Assembly (NCBI GenBank): GCA_963832745.1
Contig: CAWHVC010000001.1
Coordinates: forward strand, 576,001 to 640,000
Direction of reading: 5' to 3'
DNA from: Candidatus Bathyarchaeota archaeon
Lineage (GTDB): Archaea; Thermoproteota; Bathyarchaeia; Bathyarchaeales; Bathycorpusculaceae
DNA length: 64,000 bases
In this document: positions 10,141 to 19,857 of the stretch, in pieces
Layout of the letters: each line of letters opens with the position of its first letter
Numbering within the stretch: the stretch's first letter is position 1
Notes under the pieces: generated by a model
What the model saw: the letters and a program-made list of their open reading frames with translations, nothing else
What the model was told of the DNA's origin: nothing
Databases searched by the model: none
Program-made: the position numbers and the translations under genes

Positions 10141-11388
10141 TCAACAATCTCCTTGAATGTTTAAAGATATTATTTCCTCGTAAAGTTCAAGATATTTACT
10201 GAGATTAGAAGTCCATGAAAAATTTTTGGCAATAGTCTTGGTCGCATTTTGACTTAATTTTAATTGTAAATCTTTGTTTTCCAAAAGATTGATAATAGAA
10301 TCCGCGAGCATCTGGGATGATTTTTGATCAATTAAAATTCCATTATCACCATTTTGAATTATTTCAGGGATACCGCCAACTCTTGTTGCTACGACAGGCT
10401 TTCCACAAGCCATAGCCTCTAAAATTGTGTAAGGGCTATTTTCTGTAAAGCTTGGAGCAACAAGCAACTCTGATTTCTTAATCAGATGAATTATAGACTC
10501 TCTTGATAAAGGTCCTGTAAATAGTGCATAAGAAGATAAATTCATTGCTTTAATTTTCTTTAAATAACGCTCTTGATCACCTGGACCAGCAAAAACAAAC
10601 AATAAATTTTCCCGGCGCAGTTTTTGAATAACAGCTGGCATAGATTCAATTATGCAATCTACACCTTTCAATGCTAATAATCGTCCAACAAAAAGAATTA
10701 TGCGATAATCATTTAAAATAGATAGATCACTTTTTTCTGAAAAGTCATAATCAAAGGTATAATCGGCAAAGTCAACAGAGTTAGGTATAACGCGAATATT
10801 TGAATTTATTGAAAAATCTTTACGCATTAATTGCATCATCCATCTTGATGGAGATATCAAAAATCTATTATGTTTAAAATAGGCAGCCTCCGCTAACCTA
10901 AGAAAAGGATACATAATGCAAGTAGCTTGCTCAGACTTCTCCAGTTCACCAAATTGTCTATCAGAATACCTCGTGGCCAACCTTTGAGATTTTATTGTTG
11001 TATGCACTGTTGTCACAAAGGGTTTGCCCATTTTTCTGAACATCAAAAGAAGGTCCGGCATTTGAGCGGTATGAGAATGGATTAGTTCAATTTTTTCTTC
11101 TTTTACAAGTTTGGGAACATAAGTTAAACAAGCTCTTTGAAATTTAGCGTTATAAAAAAATGTATCATTAGCAGCAGATATGAAATGAACATGCACATTG
11201 CTTCCAAAATATTGAGAAAAGTTTACTTTATCAATTTTTTGTTTTCCAAAACTTGTTCGCTCTGGTGTCAAAACATGTACGTCTATATTTTTTGGCAAAT
11301 GTCTAACTAGCTCGATTATATATGTCCCTACACCGCCCCAAACTGGGAAAAACTCGGGAGCTAACATACAAATTTTCAATACATACAC
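10141..11388 (-). CDS. GT4 glycosyltransferase
   Basis: PVWGGVG, FVGRLLALKG, ENSPYTILEAMACGKPVV. Confidence 0.9.
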   Translation of the reverse strand: MYVLKICMLAPEFFPVWGGVGTYIIELVRHLPKNIDVHVLTPERTSFGKQKIDKVNFSQYFGSNVHVHFISAANDTFFYNAKFQRACLTYVPKLVKEEKIELIHSHTAQMPDLLLMFRKMGKPFVTTVHTTIKSQRLATRYSDRQFGELEKSEQATCIMYPFLRLAEAAYFKHNRFLISPSRWMMQLMRKDFSINSNIRVIPNSVDFADYTFDYDFSEKSDLSILNDYRIILFVGRLLALKGVDCIIESMPAVIQKLRRENLLFVFAGPGDQERYLKKIKAMNLSSYALFTGPLSRESIIHLIKKSELLVAPSFTENSPYTILEAMACGKPVVATRVGGIPEIIQNGDNGILIDQKSSQMLADSIINLLENKDLQLKLSQNATKTIAKNFSWTSNLSKYLELYEEIISLNIQGDC

Positions 11389-11458
11389 CCAAAATATTAA
11401 GAAATTAACCTAAACAACAGAATAATTTGGAATAGCCCTGTTTTGCCGTTCTACTAAC

Positions 11459-13873
11459 TCAAGGCTGTATCAACTTTACTGCAGAATTACCCCATAAGTC
11501 ATTTGCAGCTACACCAATTTTTTCTATTCCAGCGATTGGGGATGAAGTTACATGATAAACTTTTATTTCTTCTATTAGCGCACCATCATTGGCTGAGTTT
11601 GACAAAACAGTTAACCTAACGTATCTAACAGTTCGTTCACTAAATTGGTCTAAAACTATTCCGTGTTTTCCAGTATTAGAAACTATTTGGACCCAATTTG
11701 AACGGTCATTAGATACCTCGATTTTATAGTTGTAAAGTCTATTATCGCTACCATCATCACAAAAATAGGTTTGAATCTCACTTATAGAAACCGATGACCC
11801 CAAGTCTATTTCGACCCACTGAGGTAATTGAGTACTAGTACCCCAATAATTATTTTCTAGCTCTACCCCATCAACAATGAGTTCTGGTGCGTGCCCTAAC
11901 TCTTGAGATGATGCAGTAACACCCGAGGGGTTAGCGTTTACACTCACTTCAAGGATATGTGCATAAGAATTAGCCGAGTTATATGTGACGACAATTCTAA
12001 CATATTTTGCTTCGGTAGACTGATCAAGATAATCCCACACTACACCTCGACCATCTTTCTCATTTACCACTGTATTCCATGACAAATGATCATTTGAAAC
12101 TTGAATATAGTATCTGTATAAACGATTATCATAATCAAAAAAGTGAGTTCTAATATTGGTTATAGAAGATACAGAACCTAAGTCAAGTTCTAACCATGCA
12201 CCAGCCTGTACGGTACTAGGCGTACTATCCCAGAAACTCGAAAGGGTATCGTCACCATCAACAGTTCTTTGAGGTTCATATCCTTCTAAAAAGCCAGAAG
12301 CCGTGACACTTTCTACAGGCAGCCCCATTGTTGCTCGAGCAGCGACTGCCACATTTTCTCTCATAACTATTTGATTGGGAAGATCAAAAGTCCAAGAGTT
12401 AGTCCCAGTTTTTGAAGCTGTCACATGCAAGTAGTTCCCGTTAGCATACTTAAGTGCAACATATGGATGATCGCCCCACAAGGGTTCATTTGATGTAACC
12501 GTGTACGTATTAGCATTTTGGGTAATTGTCAAAGTAGGAGGGACATCATCACTAATTCCTACTGCTTTTTGAATAGCAGTTTTTGCAGTGACATACTGGA
12601 AAGAGACGCCATTAAAATCAGGGTTAGATTCGGCATTACGTAAATAAAGGTCAAGCCAGTTAACTAAAGTGTTTAAGTCATTTCTATCATGACTGTAGAG
12701 TGAAAAAACTGCGCTACCTGTTTCTTTAGCTTTTTGAAAAGCCGAATTAACATCTACCTGATTAAGCTCACCAAGGCTTGTTACTGCCCAAGAGCTAATA
12801 CCCTCAGGGTGAAATGGATACCAATCGCCACCTGGCGAAGTATATTCAAAAGGCATCCAATATGACTCCCAATCCAGCATACCAGGAGAATTCCATCCAG
12901 TTCGCCAGACTGATGGATAATAATTACTATCCAATATCATATGATCCAAAGCATCCATATGATATGTGTATGAACCATCCAAATCATTGTAGTACATTTT
13001 CCACATACCATCTTCAAAAACCATAAAATGATGATGATACTCGATAGCATCACCATACAACCCCAACTCGTTTCCCCAATAAGTATTAAGAATATCATAA
13101 ACAGCAGTATACCCTGAAACACCAACTTGAGTACCGTTTGCCCAGACAAAGTTACTTTTAGACATAAAATAATCCATTTCAGCAAACCATGTAACTTTAA
13201 ACGGGTTACCAAAACTATCTACATATGACTGCCGAAATGCATCATCGAATATTGCTGAAAGGGATGAATCGGTTTTATCGTATTCTCGCATATCTAACGT
13301 GGGATGGGGGTCTTTATTTTTCGGGTCATTTACATCCAAATATGGACTATGGTCTTCCCACATTTCAGTGTCAACCGCTATTACAACATAAACCGTTTTT
13401 TGATTCGAATTCTTAGAGAGACTTAGGGTGGCCTCAGTAAAAGTTCCATCATTTCCAGTAACTTTAATTTTCACGGGTTCATTCAAAGATAAGACAGAGT
13501 AATCGACTAGAATTGAAGCGGTCTGCCCTTCAGAAAGCCCAAAGGGTAACACTTGAGTATTACCGTTAATACTAAAAATTGTTTGGAGTTCATTCTTTAC
13601 GTAAACACTACTTGAACCTATTTCTATAAGACCTTGTCCAATGTTCTGCACATAAACTATTAGTTTGTTTGTACTTGGGTCAATGGCAGCGCTTTGTATT
13701 TGAAGAGCTTTACCGGTTCGAGTGGTTGTAAAGTTTAGGTACCCTCCAATCCAAGCGTAAGCTGCCAGAGCGGCGACTATTGTTATAGCTATCATCAGAA
13801 GAGCAGATATAACAGGCGAAAGCGCTCTAATATTACGTCTAAGTTTAGAAATTTTTTTCTTCAACATATACAT
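11459..13873 (-). CDS. Archaeal pilin-like protein (class III signal peptide) fused to a deacetylase-like domain and two F5/8 type C (discoidin/CBM32-like) domains
   Basis: RA|LSPVISALLMIAITIVAA cleavage motif; VDTE / EYHHH / WRTG motifs; two copies of DG...W...W(L/V)E(L/I)DLG...SND...W...(K/R)YVR. Confidence 0.75.
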   Translation of the reverse strand: MYMLKKKISKLRRNIRALSPVISALLMIAITIVAALAAYAWIGGYLNFTTTRTGKALQIQSAAIDPSTNKLIVYVQNIGQGLIEIGSSSVYVKNELQTIFSINGNTQVLPFGLSEGQTASILVDYSVLSLNEPVKIKVTGNDGTFTEATLSLSKNSNQKTVYVVIAVDTEMWEDHSPYLDVNDPKNKDPHPTLDMREYDKTDSSLSAIFDDAFRQSYVDSFGNPFKVTWFAEMDYFMSKSNFVWANGTQVGVSGYTAVYDILNTYWGNELGLYGDAIEYHHHFMVFEDGMWKMYYNDLDGSYTYHMDALDHMILDSNYYPSVWRTGWNSPGMLDWESYWMPFEYTSPGGDWYPFHPEGISSWAVTSLGELNQVDVNSAFQKAKETGSAVFSLYSHDRNDLNTLVNWLDLYLRNAESNPDFNGVSFQYVTAKTAIQKAVGISDDVPPTLTITQNANTYTVTSNEPLWGDHPYVALKYANGNYLHVTASKTGTNSWTFDLPNQIVMRENVAVAARATMGLPVESVTASGFLEGYEPQRTVDGDDTLSSFWDSTPSTVQAGAWLELDLGSVSSITNIRTHFFDYDNRLYRYYIQVSNDHLSWNTVVNEKDGRGVVWDYLDQSTEAKYVRIVVTYNSANSYAHILEVSVNANPSGVTASSQELGHAPELIVDGVELENNYWGTSTQLPQWVEIDLGSSVSISEIQTYFCDDGSDNRLYNYKIEVSNDRSNWVQIVSNTGKHGIVLDQFSERTVRYVRLTVLSNSANDGALIEEIKVYHVTSSPIAGIEKIGVAANDLWGNSAVKLIQP

Positions 13874-13912
13874 ACCTCTTTTTTAAAAATAAAATGCCCC
13901 GTTTGAGAAATC

Positions 13913-14624
13913 TTATTTTAAAGATTCATAAAAAATTCGTTTTAGAATTACAGCGCCATGTTTTAATCCAAGTTTTTTTTCGCCTATTCGGGAACGATAA
14001 GCGATTGGAACCTCAACAGTTTCATAAGCCGCTTCTTTTAACATAACTGTTCAGTTCAACTTCGATATCAAAATCTTTAGAAATAGGAGTCCAACCACGC
14101 ATTAATTCTGCTCTAATAACCCGTAAACCAGTCAAAGGGTCTTTCAAACTTACGCCGTTTAATATTGCATGAGCTGTAGCTATCAACTTGTTGCCGAGAT
14201 GAAAAACATCTTTCATCACTTCAAGCGGATAAATTGAATTAAATCTGTTTCCACATACCATGCCTATTTGAGGGTTTTCTTCCAAAATTCTTATCATTTG
14301 AGGTATATGTTGTGCAGGATATGTATAATCTGCATCGCTTATCACTACGTATGCGATGTTAGCATCCATACATTTTAGTCCGAAGCTTAAAGCGTCCCCT
14401 TTACCCATTCCTTCTTGGAAAACAACGTCGGCACCTAAGCTTTTGGCAACATGAACGGTGTTATCTCGGCTTTTTCCATCAACCACTAAGATTCTAGGGT
14501 TTCTTAAGTACTCTTTTAGCTCAGCAATAGTGTAAGCTATACCTTGTTCTTCATTTAACGCTGCAATGATAATTTGCATAGGCTGAAACGCAAAATAATT
14601 ATCCATTTTGTCCAAGCAACTCAC
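13913..14624 (-). CDS. GT2 (Dol-P-Man synthase-like) glycosyltransferase, broken by a 1-nt insertion near 14025
   Basis: ALNEE, VDGKSRD, GKG, DADYTY; the +1 frame continues YETVEVPIAYRSRIGEKKL to a stop at 13913. Confidence 0.85.
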
Positions 14625-14703
14625 CGCTCTTAAATTAACTCAATGATACCATGTATATAAAAACGCATAGAAGCAAATTCTATAGTACACAACAAGATTG
14701 CGC

Positions 14704-15306
14704 CTACTGTGTTACGTTTAGTGTCAAATACACTGACCGGTTATGAAACTGGGAAACGCCCAAGGTGGAATTGAACAGCCAAAGCTCGACAAATAGGCCA
14801 TAGTAATACCCTGTTCTGTTTGAGTTCCACATAGACGCTTCATTTACAGGGAAATCTAACCCATTAATACTGACACTTGAAATCTGTGACTTACCCTCAG
14901 AAAAATTAAAGTCATTAACTTTAAATGTAAGAGGTGTTTCCCAACTTTGCTCATCCTGAATAAACGTGTTAAATTCATACAATCCAAGCAAAGGACTAGG
15001 TGTTCCCAACTGAGTATTTGGGAGAGGTTCTGTTTCATTTCTAAACTTAACAATGCAAGTATAGTAACTTGACTGACCCATATGGTTACCAACACCTAAA
15101 TAAACCGAGTATTCTACGCCAACTTTCACGTTAAATGGAATATCATCAAACGTATGATTAGGCCCAAGCATGTAAAGCTCCGAAAACTGTTCACCTACTG
15201 GCGCCGTGATTATAAGAGCCAGCGTGGGCGAGGCAAAAATTAGAATGCCGATGAGAGTGACAGCGATAAAAACCATTCGGTAATTTTCAAGTTTCGTTGT
15301 AAACAA
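14704..15306 (-). CDS. DUF1616 C-terminal-like membrane-anchored extracellular domain
   Basis: TM helix followed by EQFSELYMLGP...VGNHMG pattern. Confidence 0.6.
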   Translation of the reverse strand: MFTTKLENYRMVFIAVTLIGILIFASPTLALIITAPVGEQFSELYMLGPNHTFDDIPFNVKVGVEYSVYLGVGNHMGQSSYYTCIVKFRNETEPLPNTQLGTPSPLLGLYEFNTFIQDEQSWETPLTFKVNDFNFSEGKSQISSVSINGLDFPVNEASMWNSNRTGYYYGLFVELWLFNSTLGVSQFHNRSVYLTLNVTQ

Positions 15307-15787
15307 CCTCAGGTTTCATCGATAATAACTTCTTTGTGTAGGAACCACTAAACCGTTGCCAAGCGATTATCATTATTAATATAAAAACGATAGAACAAAC
15401 TACCGAAAAAATAACCGTAAACCAAAAACTATTTCGACCCAACATAAGGCTAAAATCTTTCAGAGTAAGCGCTTCAGTGTTAACTTGATCAGCTATTTGC
15501 CGGGCATTATCAGCCTTTGACACCACACTGGACGGGTTTCCAGCTTGGTAAGCGTTTTGAGCATCTGCTAAAAGATCGCCTGCCCCATCTAACCTAGCCA
15601 ATAGTGCTGTCACGTTGCCACCGGCCTTTTCTGCAGCTAAAACATTGGTAAATGCAAGGTTAATAGAAGATGTTGCGCTTTGAATGCTTACCTCTTCATC
15701 AGCACCTTTTACCGCCACTATTTGGCAACTACCAGTTAAAATCACTATTAACATAGTGATTGTTACCAAGATAACTTGCTTTTTCAA
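15287..15787 (-). CDS. Hypothetical secreted helical protein with C-terminal TM anchor
   Basis: Signal peptide, Ala-rich helices (AEKAGGNVTALL), C-terminal TM; overlaps the next gene. Confidence 0.7.
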   Translation of the reverse strand: MKKQVILVTITMLIVILTGSCQIVAVKGADEEVSIQSATSSINLAFTNVLAAEKAGGNVTALLARLDGAGDLLADAQNAYQAGNPSSVVSKADNARQIADQVNTEALTLKDFSLMLGRNSFWFTVIFSVVCSIVFILIMIIAWQRFSGSYTKKLLSMKPEVVYNET

Positions 15788-15836
15788 AACGCCACCTCGA
15801 AGAAGACACGTTTTTGTTACGCTAAAACGTTTAATT

Positions 15837-16154
15837 TTAACTACCGCTTGAACAAAATTCTTCCAAAATTTTTCGTGAATTATTTAAATGAACTAACCTC
15901 TTCTTGACATTTTGATTATACTTACAGTACTGCTTGTAGACCTCAATAAAATCATGACCACGATCAGTAAGTTGATAACATTGCTGCTCAGGCAAATAAT
16001 AAATTAAAGATGCATTGATAACTTCAATAAGATATTTTTGTAACACACTATAACTCAGATTTGCTTGATACATTATCTGAGTTTTTTTGGCATTTTTGCT
16101 AGCTGCCTCCAAAATGTCGGCAATTATGGCAAGCCTATCACGATAAATACCCAA
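15837..16154 (-). CDS. Winged helix-turn-helix transcription regulator (HTH_45/ArnR1-like)
   Basis: YRDRLAIIADIL...KKTQIMYQANLSY...YQLTDRG; TTG at 16154 follows a GAGGG RBS-like motif. Confidence 0.8.
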   Translation of the reverse strand: MGIYRDRLAIIADILEAASKNAKKTQIMYQANLSYSVLQKYLIEVINASLIYYLPEQQCYQLTDRGHDFIEVYKQYCKYNQNVKKRLVHLNNSRKILEEFCSSGS

Positions 16155-16615
16155 GAAACAACCCTCATTAATCAAAACGGATTCGAAACAATATTTCAAC
16201 TTAAAGCAAAACAGAATCATAATAACCTTTAATCAATCCCTTCCTGACGGAAGCGGACAATGAAAGGCTAATTTACTCTAGCGAGTTATCAGTTGCTCTC
16301 CTTTTCCATCTCTAACCAAACTATTTAAGACAAACAGGACAAAGCATCTATTTAAATTGTCTAGAACAATACTCTATATTTTACATAACAATTTATCCAG
16401 TTAGCAAGTACACTACAAACAATAACAAGTTAGATCTTCACTCAAGCGCGTAGAACGTTAAAAAAAGATTTCCTTTTCAGCTCACACATTTTGGAGCAAA
16501 ATTGACAAAACCTAAGACACCATAAAAAAATACTTTCACAATAAAAAGCCAACAAATAATGCAATAAAAGGATCATTAAAAAATTCAAAAGCAACAAACA
16601 ATTACGAAACCAAGA

Positions 16616-17737
16616 TCAGGCTCCCACGGCCAACTGCACATTCTTTATAACCGTTGAAACTTCAAGATCATTTAACATGCAATGCATCGGCAACGTGATT
16701 GTGCGAGCTAATACTTCTTCAGCTACCGAAAGCGACAGACCAGTGGGATTTAGCTTTTTGTAGAAAGGTTGCATATGACAGGGAGGATAAAAAACGCTTC
16801 CTGTTTCAATACCATGAAGTTTCAACGTTTGAGTAAAAAGTTCTTTGTTGACTTTCTTAATCAGAATTAAAGGATACTTGTAGTAACTACATCTACTGCC
16901 TTTTGGACAGTTAACCACAGATAAACCACCCATTTTTCCAAATGCTTCATCATAATCTTTAGCGATTTTATTCCTAACTTCGACAAAATCTTCAACATTA
17001 TTTAATTGATGGATGCCAAGTACAGCTGAGATTTCAGGCATCAACATATGACGACCCAAGCTTTCAAAGTTTGTTTTTCCGGAACCTGAACCATAATAGC
17101 TGAATAATGAAGCATATTCAGCCAGTTTATTGTCGTTTGTTGCAAGCATACCACCTTCGCCTGTTGTAATCACTTTGGTTGGTGTGAAGGCAAAAACTGA
17201 TGCATCGCCGAAAGTTCCAACTTTTTTACCATCTATTGAAGCACCTAAAGCGTGTGTAGCATCTTCAATCAAAAAAAGACTATGCTCCTTGCAGACTTCC
17301 ATTATTTCTTTCAAATTTGGATTAGGAAAACCTGCAATATGTGTAACTATTACACCACACGTGTTGTTGGTTATTTTATGCTTCAGACTATTCAAGTCCA
17401 TAGAAAGCGTGTCTTTATCTATGTCTGTAAAAACTACTCGCCCCCCAGCGTAAAGAACACTGTTAGGAATTGAAATAAAACTATTAGTACAAACGATAAC
17501 TTCTTTACGCTCAATTTTATAATATTTTAAAACAGTCTCTAATGCACTTAAATCTGAATCCAAAGCGATTGCATGCTTTATACCTAAATAATCAGCGGCT
17601 TTTTGTTGAAACAAATTTAGGTTTTTGCCGTTTCTCAATTGACCACTTTCCAAAACAGATGCAATTTCCGTCAAAATTTTGTCAACATCAGATTTAGAGA
17701 AGTATGGCCTTGATGAACGAATAAAAGAGTCAACCAT
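16616..17737 (-). CDS. DegT/DnrJ/EryC1/StrS PLP-dependent sugar aminotransferase
   Basis: IEDATHALGA and FTPTKVITTGEGG (PLP lysine), TLPMH. Confidence 0.9.
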   Translation of the reverse strand: MVDSFIRSSRPYFSKSDVDKILTEIASVLESGQLRNGKNLNLFQQKAADYLGIKHAIALDSDLSALETVLKYYKIERKEVIVCTNSFISIPNSVLYAGGRVVFTDIDKDTLSMDLNSLKHKITNNTCGVIVTHIAGFPNPNLKEIMEVCKEHSLFLIEDATHALGASIDGKKVGTFGDASVFAFTPTKVITTGEGGMLATNDNKLAEYASLFSYYGSGSGKTNFESLGRHMLMPEISAVLGIHQLNNVEDFVEVRNKIAKDYDEAFGKMGGLSVVNCPKGSRCSYYKYPLILIKKVNKELFTQTLKLHGIETGSVFYPPCHMQPFYKKLNPTGLSLSVAEEVLARTITLPMHCMLNDLEVSTVIKNVQLAVGA

Positions 17738-17830
17738 AAAAAACGCCCAAAAAGAAACACGCTCAATCTTAGATGGATTGAACACTGAAATAGAAGTACG
17801 TCAAAGGGGATAATATTTCTTTCTTAACGC

Positions 17831-18217
17831 TTATTTGTGCAGCCAGCCGCGTCCACTTTTTTTAGGTTGCTGCTTAACCTTTCCTTGTTCACAATAACTT
17901 GCTGCACATTTAACGGTTCTTTTAGACTTTTGAGGGATAATACTAGTTTTTACGAATTTTCCCCAGCCACCCATTGTGGGACTTGGAGAAATATACCTTT
18001 CAGTATTTTCTACTTGATGTTTTTCCAAGATTTCTTTAAAGTTTAATGGCTTACAATCTCTTGTGGCATGAACAATCAAACCTCTATCAACGAAAAGGGC
18101 TGAATAATCTTTTACAGCCACGCCTTCAGCCCGAACCTTATCATCTAATCGTTCAAGCCAAAGCCGCTTCCATTCAACTTTAAGGTTATTTACAAGTTCT
18201 TTTTGATTAGACTCCAA
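17831..18217 (-). CDS. Hypothetical protein
   Basis: 128-aa ORF with protein-like composition; no family recognised. Confidence 0.6.
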   Translation of the reverse strand: MESNQKELVNNLKVEWKRLWLERLDDKVRAEGVAVKDYSALFVDRGLIVHATRDCKPLNFKEILEKHQVENTERYISPSPTMGGWGKFVKTSIIPQKSKRTVKCAASYCEQGKVKQQPKKSGRGWLHK

Positions 18218-18485
18218 CTGATATGCTTCCCCCTTTTTTCTGTTAAGGCATTACAGCCCATTTCGCCCTACTAATCTTGCAGTTATTTTAAGTACTCAAA
18301 ACAGCGCTCATATTTAAGCAATAATGAAGATTAAGGAATATTTTCTATAAAGACTAACACTCACCATTATTTGCTATGAGACTTAAGAGGCTGAACACTC
18401 AACCAATAAAAAGCAGCCGACAAAGCGATCGTTTTGTAACCTTTAAATTCTACTTTTACATATTCGGAAAGAGAGGAAACTTTTT

Positions 18486-19667
18486 ATGTCGACACAAAAT
18501 TTTGCAAAAGACATCTACATCAAATGCGTTAGAACAGTAAATGAAAATGACACATTGTCAAGGTGCCTCGAATTTTTTAAAAATGAAATGCCACCTGTAT
18601 TAGCGGTTTTAGATGCCAAAGGCAAATACGCCGGCGTAATTGCAAGAAGATGGATATTAAGATCAAGACTTGACCCAGCATCAACCAAAGTAAAAAGTTT
18701 AATGCGAGCCTCACCTAAAATCACCCCTGACGACGGAATTTCCAAAATTGCAAAACTCATGATTGAAAGTGGAGTAAGACAACTCCCTGTTTTTGAGAAT
18801 GAAAAGCTTGTTGGTTTTGTTACTGACGAAAATGTTATTCATGCCGCGGTTGGTCAAGAATGGGGCAAAGGCAAGGTCAGCAGCGTTATGACGCGTGCAC
18901 CATATACTATTGATGCTAATAGGTCAGTTGGTGCAGTGCTTAGCTTGTTTAGAGAGCACGGTTTCTCGCATGTTCCTGTTATGGATGACGGAAAAATCGT
19001 GGGAATTATTAGCATACAGGACATTTTAGAAAACGTTTTCCAGCCTAATGAACGCCAAACAACTGGAGACAGAGTAGGCGAAAAAGTCGAAACCTTCAGC
19101 GTACCAGCAAAAGGCATAATGAATAGCCCAGTAATCACCGTTGAATCCAATTTGAATCTTAGAGATGCAGAGAAAAAAATGCATGACTACAACGTTTCCT
19201 GCCTTGCAGCAGTCTCTAATGATAGACTGGTAGGAATTATTACTAAACTAGACTTTCTTGAACCAATCTCCCAGTTGGAAACGACACTGCCCCAATTAAC
19301 TATTCAATTCGGACTAAAAGATACAACAATATCCAGCGACCAGCAAGCATTCATGATGGATGAATTCGACTCATTTACCCGCAAATATCAAGAAGCATTC
19401 CGCATGGGAACCCTCTTTGTATACATTAAATCTCATGGATCAACAAACATGCGCGGAACACCGCTTGTACATTGCAGACTACAGTTTAGAACCATAAAAG
19501 GTACATTCTTTAGTTCTGGCGAAGGCTGGGGAGTAGAATCAACTTTCAGAACTGCATTAGACCGAATGGATCGACGCCTACTTAGAAGCAAAGAGTTACT
19601 AGCATACAACCCAAAATACGCCAAAGATTACATGCGCAAAATGGGTCTACCCGAAGAAGAACTTTAA
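18486..19667 (+). CDS. 4xCBS domain protein with C-terminal HPF/RaiA-like domain (Hib-like ribosome hibernation factor)
   Basis: Four CBS repeats (e.g. LPV..LVGFVT, VPV..IVGIIS); C-terminal LFVYIK...CRLQFRT...EGWGVESTFRTALDRMDRRL resembles the HPF fold. Confidence 0.75.
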   Translation: MSTQNFAKDIYIKCVRTVNENDTLSRCLEFFKNEMPPVLAVLDAKGKYAGVIARRWILRSRLDPASTKVKSLMRASPKITPDDGISKIAKLMIESGVRQLPVFENEKLVGFVTDENVIHAAVGQEWGKGKVSSVMTRAPYTIDANRSVGAVLSLFREHGFSHVPVMDDGKIVGIISIQDILENVFQPNERQTTGDRVGEKVETFSVPAKGIMNSPVITVESNLNLRDAEKKMHDYNVSCLAAVSNDRLVGIITKLDFLEPISQLETTLPQLTIQFGLKDTTISSDQQAFMMDEFDSFTRKYQEAFRMGTLFVYIKSHGSTNMRGTPLVHCRLQFRTIKGTFFSSGEGWGVESTFRTALDRMDRRLLRSKELLAYNPKYAKDYMRKMGLPEEEL

Positions 19668-19669
19668 CA

Positions 19670-19722
19670 AAAATTTCTTCTTTTTATTTTTATAAACATT
19701 TTTTTCTTCCTTTTTGATTTAT
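19670..19722 (+). terminator. Oligo-T archaeal terminator region
   Basis: Several T5-T7 runs directly after the stop codon of the CBS gene. Confidence 0.5.
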
Positions 19723-19857
19723 ACTTAAAATAATTCTAATGCAAACATCCATACGCTTTCTCGTTTGCCCTAGAAAATTTTAATAAAACCGCTAAAAACA
19801 TTTATAGCTAAAGTTGCGGAGAAGGAAAAAATAAAACTAAAAGAGATCCCAGCAATC

